DNA from: an uncultured archaeon
GTDB taxonomy: Archaea; Asgardarchaeota; Thorarchaeia; Thorarchaeales; Thorarchaeaceae
DNA length: 24,000 nucleotides
Assembly: GCA_964473825.1 (NCBI GenBank)
Contig: CAYYQL010000002.1
Span: forward strand, 136,326-160,325
Reading direction: 5' to 3'
The position numbers and the translations under genes are program-made. The notes beneath the pieces are model-generated. The model saw only the letters and a list, made by a program, of their open reading frames with translations, was not told the DNA's origin and did no database searches. Below are positions 17,268 to 24,000 of the stretch, piece after piece. The stretch's first letter is position 1, and each line of letters starts with the position of its first letter.

Positions 17268-19490
17268 CTGAACGATTCCCCAATTGAAATTATCTTTCCC
17301 ATCTCTGAGGTCAATAGGATTGCAGAGAAGGAATCGACAGGATTTGGCAGAAGACACTATCGTCCAGTATACGTCATGCACAAGTGGTGGGCGAGACGGT
17401 TGGGTTCTGTGTTTCGGGCGATACTATTGTATACTCTGGCTGATTCCAGCTTAGAAGGGTGGGATGGCAACCCGAAAAGCCTCTGGCAATTCTATGCTCG
17501 CGATGTAACTATGGAACCGAAGACTGTACTCGATCCAATGATGGGTGGCGGAACTACCATTGTTGAGAGTCTGAGATTTGGATGTAGAGTCATAGGTGGA
17601 GACCTTAATCCTGTAGCTTGGTTTGTCGTCAAGAAACAGGTAGAAGACTTGGACCCGAAGCTGCTAGAGCAGAGTATGAAGAAACTGGACGATGATCTGG
17701 GCGATGAACTGCGTCGCCACTATGTGACAAAATGCCCTGTATGTGGAAGAGATGCTGAGGGACTCTACTATTTTCACACGAAGATGGTATCATGTCCTGA
17801 CTGTGGTAGAGAACTCCCATTAGTCAGGGATTTCTTTCTTGCTCGCTCTCGCAGAGAAGAGGGGGATGTTGTGGTGTGTCCCAGCTGTTGGAACGTCTTT
17901 GAAACACCGGATGCAGAGAAACATACATCCTGCCCCCAATGTAGCAACGAGTTTGTTCCGAAAAAGTGCGGTCATGTAAGGGGGAGAAGTTTCAGGTGCT
18001 GCGGTAAAGAGTGTGAGTCGCATAGCATTGTGGATCATATTCAGAAGAACGGGCGACCCTCAGAGAGGATGTATGCCGTTGAGTTCTACTGTCCCCATTG
18101 TGATGATGAGGAAGATTCAAGGCTTAAGAACGGGAGGGGATACAAGACGAGTGATGATCAAGATATACAGCTTCTCGAGGCTGCACGCGAGGAGTTCGAG
18201 AAAATAGGTCATAATTTGCCCATTCCAGACACGCGTATTCCTGATGGAGTTGAAACCCGACGGGCGTTAAACCATCAATATAATCGGTTCCGAGATATGT
18301 TCAACAAACGTCAGCTGCTGAACCTTGGCAAAATATATCGTTGGATCTTGCAGGAAGAGAATGCGAATCTACGGGAGTTTCTGATTCTTGCATTCTCTAA
18401 CTGCTTGAAGTACAACAACATGTTCTGCAAGTATAACGGAACGAGAGGCTTCATAACTGATATATTCCGTACGCACTCCTTTTCGCCCTCGATGGCACCT
18501 GTCGAGTGCAACTGTTATGATATAACAAAGGGAAGAGGATCTTTCAGTGCCTTTGTGAACTTGGTCATCGAAGGGAAAGAGTACTGCATGAATCCTTTCG
18601 AGAGACACTTTCACCACGGGCAGATGAAGAAGACTCGAACGGAAACACCAATCTCCGGCAATGTCGTCGGTAGCTACAAACAGTTAGAGAGTCCCGGAGA
18701 CACCCTCTTGATGTGCAGTTCCTCTGCTCATCTAGAGATACCAGACAGTTCAGTTGATATCGTGGTCACCGACCCGCCATATGCGGACAACGTGATGTAC
18801 TCTGAGCTGTCGAATTTCTTCTATGTCTGGCTGAAAATCGGGCTAGGTAGCGATTATGACGAATTCGGGAGTGCACTGGTTCCTTGGGAATCGGAGGTGA
18901 TAGCAAATAGAGTGCAGAACAAATCACCAGATGACTTCCTAGACGGCCTGCGCAGCATTCTTGAAGAAACAAATCGGGTGCTGAAGGAAAACGGAATACT
19001 TGTCTTCACATTTCATCACAAGTCCTTGGATGCATGGTCTTCTGTGCTGCAGGCTGTGCTAGATGCAGGATTCTTCATCCGGACAATCTATCCTGTTAGG
19101 AGCGAGATGAAGGCATCCACTCACTTTCTAGGCAAGAGCAACATCAAGTACGATGTGATTATTGTCTGTAAGAAGCGAAAAGAGAAAGGAGAATCCATCA
19201 CTTGGGCTGAGTTGGCTTCAGAGATTCAGTCTTCTGCAACTCACCTAATGAAACGTATGAACTCCTCGGGTGAGGACTTGGGACGGTTAGATAGATATGT
19301 CATTGCTGTTGGGAAGTGTTTGGAGCTCTATTCGCAATATTACCCGCAAGTCATAGAAGAGCAGATGCCGGTAGATGTGAGAACCGCTGTTGAAAGAATT
19401 GAGAATTGGACTCTTGATATCGGTTTCAGAAGAACAGGAGTTGTGGTAGAAGACCAAGGACTGCAAGAATCACCCCAGTCAGAATCATAG
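17268..19490 (+). CDS. DUF1156 / COG1743-type DNA methyltransferase (predicted N6-adenine or N4-cytosine) with an expanded Zn-ribbon insertion; start codon uncertain
   Basis: The DUF1156-like N-terminus is ..IEIIFPISEVNRIAEKES....HKWWARR. SAM motif I is VLDPMMGGGTT (17526..17558), followed by GGDLNPVA. There are multiple CxxC pairs: CPVC..CPDC, CPSC..CPQC, CC..C, CPHC (17733..18101). Catalytic motif IV DPPY is at 18771..18782, followed by SNFFYVWL. The track starts at ATG 17376, but conserved residues extend to the frame opening at 17241. CTG at 17268 lies 7 nt after AAGGAGG. Confidence 0.88.
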   Translation: MNDSPIEIIFPISEVNRIAEKESTGFGRRHYRPVYVMHKWWARRLGSVFRAILLYTLADSSLEGWDGNPKSLWQFYARDVTMEPKTVLDPMMGGGTTIVESLRFGCRVIGGDLNPVAWFVVKKQVEDLDPKLLEQSMKKLDDDLGDELRRHYVTKCPVCGRDAEGLYYFHTKMVSCPDCGRELPLVRDFFLARSRREEGDVVVCPSCWNVFETPDAEKHTSCPQCSNEFVPKKCGHVRGRSFRCCGKECESHSIVDHIQKNGRPSERMYAVEFYCPHCDDEEDSRLKNGRGYKTSDDQDIQLLEAAREEFEKIGHNLPIPDTRIPDGVETRRALNHQYNRFRDMFNKRQLLNLGKIYRWILQEENANLREFLILAFSNCLKYNNMFCKYNGTRGFITDIFRTHSFSPSMAPVECNCYDITKGRGSFSAFVNLVIEGKEYCMNPFERHFHHGQMKKTRTETPISGNVVGSYKQLESPGDTLLMCSSSAHLEIPDSSVDIVVTDPPYADNVMYSELSNFFYVWLKIGLGSDYDEFGSALVPWESEVIANRVQNKSPDDFLDGLRSILEETNRVLKENGILVFTFHHKSLDAWSSVLQAVLDAGFFIRTIYPVRSEMKASTHFLGKSNIKYDVIIVCKKRKEKGESITWAELASEIQSSATHLMKRMNSSGEDLGRLDRYVIAVGKCLELYSQYYPQVIEEQMPVDVRTAVERIENWTLDIGFRRTGVVVEDQGLQESPQSES

Positions 19491-20241
19491 TCATGAAAAA
19501 GCACACAGCGGTGTCTTTGAGCGTCCAGAAAGGTCTGCGAAGATACGTGCGAGTGTCTTGGTATCCGAAGCCGCGACCGTCCATCGATAAAGACAGAGAC
19601 TCAGCCTTGGTGAGCGCTGACACTAGTAAAGGGAAGAATGTGTAACGGATGGTTCGTAGTGTCTTACTTACTCCTCCCACCTTAGGATATACTCCCCTTG
19701 AGTGTTGAGCCATACGTACGGTTTCATTTTCTTGATCAAAGAGAGGCAAAAAGCGGAGTGCCACTACAAGTCCGAACGCGTATCTGTAAGGGATTCCGAT
19801 GTCTGTGAGAGCATAGGACAAGAGTGTGGGGTCAGTAGTGGCCACAAAGAGCATGCTGGATAGGACTATGACCAGGAAACGTAGCATTATGGAAACACCA
19901 CGACTAATGCCGTAGTCTGTCACTGGGAGGGCAGGTCCAACGGGGCCAATCCTTGGAATCAGGTACCAGAAAACGGTTCCATTCATAGTAACAAGTACTT
20001 GAACAATGAACAGCAGAATGGAGAAGACAAGAATGAACCTCAGCTTTCGAACGACTCGTGCAAGAGATACCTTTGCTAGGCGAAAAGTAAGCAATAGAAT
20101 GGACAAAACGAGAAGGCCGAATACCCCGTTCTGGTAAAGAATCACTGATGTATTCAAAGCAATTAGTATCCAGAATTTTGTCAGGGGATGTAACTGGTGA
20201 ATGGGGGACTTGACATCCATGAAACCGATTCTAGAAGGCAT
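19426..20241 (-). CDS. ecfT: ECF transporter T component (EcfT / CbiQ / YkoC-like)
   Basis: Polytopic membrane protein with PLTKF.., ..ALRFLPLF.., ..AQHSRG.. (the T-component coupling-helix Ala-Arg-Gly-like region). The ATG at 20241 overlaps the ATPase TGA; the track uses the TTG at 20244. Confidence 0.88.
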   Translation of the reverse strand: MPSRIGFMDVKSPIHQLHPLTKFWILIALNTSVILYQNGVFGLLVLSILLLTFRLAKVSLARVVRKLRFILVFSILLFIVQVLVTMNGTVFWYLIPRIGPVGPALPVTDYGISRGVSIMLRFLVIVLSSMLFVATTDPTLLSYALTDIGIPYRYAFGLVVALRFLPLFDQENETVRMAQHSRGVYPKVGGVSKTLRTIRYTFFPLLVSALTKAESLSLSMDGRGFGYQDTRTYLRRPFWTLKDTAVCFFMTMILTGVILAVLGLLPQLLFF

Positions 20242-21689
20242 CAAACATCACCTGGTCTGTTGACGTATTCACTGCGTCCAAGTCTGCGAAGCTGATTCAT
20301 GACATCGGCTGGCTTGCCATCGAGTAGAATCCGTCCATCGTCGATGAATACAATTCTGTCGCAGAACTGCACGGCAAACTGAGAGTCATGAGTCACAACA
20401 ATGGCAGAGCCTCCACGATTTACTGTTGAGAGAATCATGCTCTGGACAAACTCGCGTCCCTGAACATCTTGGCCGATGAAAGGTTCGTCAAGGAGGAGTA
20501 GTTCGGGTTCATGCATCATTATGGAAGATATGTTCAGTCTTCTCTTCTGACCGTGGCTTAGGGAGAAGGGATTCCGAGTACGAGTGTCAGCTAGTCCTGT
20601 CAGTTCAAGTAATTCATTGGCCCTTTCAAGGGCCTCCTCTTCCTCCAGTCCGAATATGTCTATGCCGAGAGTCTGTTCCCTCCATACGGAGGTTTCGAAG
20701 ATTTGATGATTGGGGTTCTGAAAGACAACAGCAGTCTTTTTTGCAACAGCGGTCTTTGGCAAACTCTCTATTGTTTCTGAGTCCAGATAGACCAGACCCC
20801 TCTGAGGAGATAGCAGTCCTGCAAGAAGCAGCAGAAGGGTAGTCTTACCCGACCCATTATCCCCCATGAGAGCCACAACCTCTTTTCTGGCCACTTCGAT
20901 TGTGATATCCTGAACTGCATGTAGAGAGCCGTAGGAATACGCTATCGATTCTGCCCGAATCAGGGGACGATAATCTCGTTCAATTGGTGGTCTGATGGCC
21001 GAAGAGCTGAATTCGGATGATGGGCTGAAGGGCACGATATCATCACCTGTGAGGGACAATATCCTGTCTGCAATCGAACGCAGTTTCTCGAAACGATGTT
21101 CGATGCACAGTACTCCCATGCCCTGAGACCTTAGGTTTGATAGAACATGACGAAGCTTGGTCGCACCTGCGGGATCAAGGCTTGAAGTGGGCTCGTCAAG
21201 TATCAGATAATCAGGCTCAGGTGCCAACATCGATGCAATGGCAACACGCTGCTTTTCGCCCCCCGAGAGCTGATATGTAGCCCGATCTCTCAGGTCAGTG
21301 CGCTCCACTGCCTCGAGGGAACTGGTGACCCTTTGAGCTAGTTCACCTTCAGGAATTAGGAAGTTCTCGGGACCGAATGCTACTTCATCCGACACGCGCA
21401 GGGTACATAGCTGACCCTCGGGATCCTGTTGCACCAGAGCTATCTTCCGAGCTATCTCACTGATTCTCATCGAATCTAAGTCATTGTCGTCAACTGCAAC
21501 ATAACCAGAGAGAGTGCCAGCTATTACGTGGGGGATGAATCCCGCGAGACATCTTGCTAGGGTAGACTTACCCGAACCGGTTGGACCTGTAAGAAGGACA
21601 ATTTCTCCTCTGTCCAAGTTCATTGAAACACTGTCAAGAACGATGCTTCCATCAACATATGAGAAACTGACATCTCTTGCCTCAAGCAT
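20241..21689 (-). CDS. Duplicated (fused A-A') ECF/ABC transporter ATPase, YkoD/CbiO-like
   Basis: There are two complete ABC cassettes: Walker A GPTGSGKST and GDNGSGKTT, signatures LSGGEKQR and LSHGQKRR, Walker B LILDEPTS and LLLDEPF. Confidence 0.94.
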   Translation of the reverse strand: MLEARDVSFSYVDGSIVLDSVSMNLDRGEIVLLTGPTGSGKSTLARCLAGFIPHVIAGTLSGYVAVDDNDLDSMRISEIARKIALVQQDPEGQLCTLRVSDEVAFGPENFLIPEGELAQRVTSSLEAVERTDLRDRATYQLSGGEKQRVAIASMLAPEPDYLILDEPTSSLDPAGATKLRHVLSNLRSQGMGVLCIEHRFEKLRSIADRILSLTGDDIVPFSPSSEFSSSAIRPPIERDYRPLIRAESIAYSYGSLHAVQDITIEVARKEVVALMGDNGSGKTTLLLLLAGLLSPQRGLVYLDSETIESLPKTAVAKKTAVVFQNPNHQIFETSVWREQTLGIDIFGLEEEEALERANELLELTGLADTRTRNPFSLSHGQKRRLNISSIMMHEPELLLLDEPFIGQDVQGREFVQSMILSTVNRGGSAIVVTHDSQFAVQFCDRIVFIDDGRILLDGKPADVMNQLRRLGRSEYVNRPGDV

Positions 21690-21700
21690 TCTCTACCCGC

Positions 21701-22759
21701 CTAATAGATATGTAGCTCGGTCACCTGTCTTACCCAAACAGATCCCTCGTAGTTCCCGGCTATCAGCCAGAGGCCGTCACTAGATTCTGTAAGTAAAAGT
21801 CTTTGATCAGCTAGAACTGCCTCGAGATTGAAAGTAATTGTATACCCATCTCTGGCAATCACCTGTATACTACTCGTCTGTGGCTCTGGTTCTGCTACAC
21901 CAATAATGGTTGATAGTAAGACCCCTGTGTAGTTAGTTGGAGGAATGTAGGTGTATGCCCCTTGGAGTTCTGCTACAATAGTTACTTCATACTCTGAGAA
22001 ATCAGCATGGTGATATATGTAGGGATTATCAACACGGCCCGTCACCGCACATGAATATGGATCAGCAAATACGTCTGCAATGGCTACCACGTAATAGGTG
22101 GACCCAAGAACAAGAAAGGTCACAAAGACAAACGCGGGAAGATTTCGTCGGATGATAACGGAACGGCCTTCTCTTTCTGTCACAGGAGGGTGATGTGTCA
22201 GACCCGCCTCATCTAGGAAACCCAGAGTTTCCCATGCAAAATAGCCGGCGAATATTATACCCGAACAGAATGCTAGTATCGTGATTAGGCCTATGTAGAT
22301 CAAGGGTGTTCCGACAAAGTAGAAGAGCTGGAATGCGATAACGTTGGATGCGGACGACAGACCGGCGAAAAGCCACCAGTTCAGTCGTTCCATGGCTGGT
22401 CTATCGGACGTAGCGTTAGGAGAAATCGAGGGAATATCAAGGATGATACCTTGAACAAGTGACACGATGACGGTCACTATTCCATGTGTACTACCAGTGA
22501 ACATCTCTACAAATCCTTTCAGGAAGCCAGCGAAAGTGCCAGAGCCACGTTTGGGGACAAGTACTCGAATCAACACAATCCAGAAGACATGTAATCCTGC
22601 AATGATTTGTCCTGCACCGAAAGGGACTCCAACGGCGATATTAATCAGGTTTCCTAGATAACCAACAAAAGTGCTAAGAGCCCCACCTAACGAAGAGAGA
22701 ATGAATAGTGTCACAAGTTCTCTTGTGGTCATAAGGTTCGAGAGGTTTTTCTCTGTCAT
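21701..22759 (-). CDS. YkoE/HmpT-like ECF S component fused to an extra TM helix and a ~120-aa C-terminal (predicted extracytoplasmic) beta-rich domain
   Basis: The N-terminal ~190 aa are polytopic, with ..HVFWIVLIRVLVPKRGSGTFAGFLKGFVEMFTGSTHGIVTVIVSLVQGI.., which resembles my recollection of YkoE-type S components. An additional TM helix (AFVFVTFLVLGSTYYVVAI) follows. The C-terminal ..NYTGVLLSTIIG....IQVIARDGYTITF.. is paralogous to the C-terminus of the upstream gene. The ATG at 22759 forms an ATGA overlap with the upstream stop and has GAGGTGA upstream. Confidence 0.7.
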   Translation of the reverse strand: MTEKNLSNLMTTRELVTLFILSSLGGALSTFVGYLGNLINIAVGVPFGAGQIIAGLHVFWIVLIRVLVPKRGSGTFAGFLKGFVEMFTGSTHGIVTVIVSLVQGIILDIPSISPNATSDRPAMERLNWWLFAGLSSASNVIAFQLFYFVGTPLIYIGLITILAFCSGIIFAGYFAWETLGFLDEAGLTHHPPVTEREGRSVIIRRNLPAFVFVTFLVLGSTYYVVAIADVFADPYSCAVTGRVDNPYIYHHADFSEYEVTIVAELQGAYTYIPPTNYTGVLLSTIIGVAEPEPQTSSIQVIARDGYTITFNLEAVLADQRLLLTESSDGLWLIAGNYEGSVWVRQVTELHIY

Positions 22760-23991
22760 GGTATCACCTCGATAATCTGCGTGTAGCGGATCCACCGAGC
22801 CCCTGCTGAGAGGTATATGTTACAGCCCGTGCCTGGAGCTGATGTCTGAAGACAGTCCTCAATGCTGTACTGGCAATCCTCCGGTAACATCACGAGTCGC
22901 AGCCCAATAGACCAGTCAGGAACGGTTGTTCCATTATAGGAATAGGCCAGTATCATGTCGCCTTGCAGCTGGTACCAACTTTCGTTCGGATACACATTGC
23001 CATAGCAGAATTCTTGTTGGTAGCCATCATTAGCAATCACTCTAACTGTGTTTTCGGGAGTCATGCCACCCACTAGAGATAACAGGTCTGAAATCTTCAC
23101 GCCTACGTAGTTACCTTGACCTTGCCAGTTTCCAAGCTGATTCTGGAAGGAGGAGAACCCCTCTATCGCTGGCAATTGCATCAGATCTTCTATTGTTAGG
23201 GTTATGTCCTCGTCCTTACCCCGAACGACAACTTGATCTCTCGCAAAGGAAGGCTCTCCTAAGAGAATAGGTTCTATCTCGATCTGCGAGTCGGACACTG
23301 TGACGTTGACATAGTGGTGTATGCCGCCCTTCTCAGCAGCTTCATAGAGAGTGGCACCTGCTCCACCCGTTATGACATAGGTCACGTTGTTTCGATTACT
23401 GACATTGAACATATGGATGTGGCCTGCAAAGACCACATCCACCGATTCTGATTCGAAGATATCCATGAGGCGCATGGCTGTTGTGGTGTTGAGTAATGTA
23501 TGATTGCCCTCCGGTCGCGGGTCAAATGGCGGGATGTGTGTGAAGACGAATTTGTGCTGTGCCATCGCAGTGGAGAGGTCATTCTCAAGCCATTGCAGTG
23601 TTGTTTCTGATACATCCCCGGCCGATGAGTTGAAGATGATGAAATGCGCGCCACCAAAATCAAAGGAGTAGGTGGAGGGGCCGTATCTACTCTGATATCG
23701 TTGGCCCCCGTTCAACTTGATATCATGATTTCCGGCTGTGAGAAACAGAGGAACAGAGAGATTTACCGCTGTGTCATCAAATCGTTGGTATTGTTTCTCT
23801 TGACCAAAGGGAGTGATGTCACCACAGTGAAACAGCATATTGGGACGGGCCATATTTGCAGTAGCAATAATCTCCTCTATGGATCCCTGATACCCCTGCG
23901 AGTCGCCAAGTACGAAGAAATTCAGAGGAGGCGTATCTGAGGTTTCCATTGTGATGCTTGCATTGGTCATCTGAGTTTCTAAGCGAAGCAT
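22756..23991 (-). CDS. Calcineurin-like metallophosphoesterase fused to a C-terminal molybdopterin-oxidoreductase-like (Oxidored_molyb-fold-like) domain
   Basis: Metallophosphoesterase motifs are present in order: VLGDSQG, HCGDITPFG, TAGNHD, FTHIPPF, AGHIHMF. The C-terminal ~150 aa read ..LTIEDLMQLP....GNYVGVKISDLLSLVGG....VRVIANDGYQQEF...ILAYSYNG..VP....GLRLVMP... The frame stays open to the window edge (24000), so the true N-terminus, possibly a signal peptide or TM helix, may lie outside the window. Confidence 0.82.
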   Translation of the reverse strand: MLRLETQMTNASITMETSDTPPLNFFVLGDSQGYQGSIEEIIATANMARPNMLFHCGDITPFGQEKQYQRFDDTAVNLSVPLFLTAGNHDIKLNGGQRYQSRYGPSTYSFDFGGAHFIIFNSSAGDVSETTLQWLENDLSTAMAQHKFVFTHIPPFDPRPEGNHTLLNTTTAMRLMDIFESESVDVVFAGHIHMFNVSNRNNVTYVITGGAGATLYEAAEKGGIHHYVNVTVSDSQIEIEPILLGEPSFARDQVVVRGKDEDITLTIEDLMQLPAIEGFSSFQNQLGNWQGQGNYVGVKISDLLSLVGGMTPENTVRVIANDGYQQEFCYGNVYPNESWYQLQGDMILAYSYNGTTVPDWSIGLRLVMLPEDCQYSIEDCLQTSAPGTGCNIYLSAGARWIRYTQIIEVIP

Positions 23992-24000
23992 ATTGGATGA

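Noticed and set aside
17242-17271. Programmed -1 ribosomal frameshift joining MTYNKEVRT to the methylase frame
   Set aside because: There is no slippery X-XXY-YYZ heptamer and no obvious downstream pseudoknot or hairpin. An indel or a non-canonical start is the simpler explanation. The observation itself is kept as a finding.
16976-17314. 112-aa minus-strand ORF
   Set aside because: It is antisense to the SD-led 52-aa ORF and to the conserved DUF1156 N-terminus of the methylase, with no SD or motif.
16236-19490. Integrated mobile element using tRNA-Tyr as an attachment site
   Set aside because: There is no integrase, transposase or recombinase ORF. I could not find by eye a direct repeat of the tRNA 3' half (tggtcggagcggccggatttgaa) elsewhere in the window. 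The methylase lies on the 5' side of the tRNA, not the usual 3' side.

Overview
This is an archaeal chromosomal segment. Evidence for archaeal origin: split RNA polymerase A'/A'' plus unsplit B, archaeal KH-type NusA, eL30, uS12, uS7, EF-1alpha, an intron-containing tRNA-Asp, and a tRNA-Tyr with the C1-G72 pair. The uS7 N-terminus looks eukaryote-like (..EETPDLLLFGKW..), which hints at an Asgard-like lineage; that is inference only. Layout, left to right: EF-1alpha (partial, minus strand); a ~2.2 kb non-canonical insert (nucleoside phosphorylase, flavodoxin-domain protein, three tandem small ORFs); then the conserved minus-strand block uS7, uS12, NusA, eL30, rpoA'', rpoA', rpoB. Next come divergent tRNA-Lys and tRNA-Asp, three housekeeping-type genes (SIS, HEAT-repeat, SDR), two overlapping hypothetical ORFs and tRNA-Tyr. 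A solitary DUF1156/COG1743-type Zn-ribbon DNA methylase with a small upstream ORF follows. The window ends with a YkoEDC-like ECF importer operon whose S component and an upstream metallophosphoesterase share a paralogous C-terminal domain. Most worth a second look: (1) the rpoH position upstream of rpoB is occupied by tRNA-Lys, flanked by broken RpoH/Rpb5-like remnants; (2) the ECF operon with the shared fused domain; (3) the partner-less methylase, whose conserved N-terminus lies upstream of any canonical start codon; (4) the paralogous small-ORF cluster with its own TATA box and palindrome. I saw no CRISPR array, transposase or integrase. All family calls come from motif recognition by eye; no database search was run.
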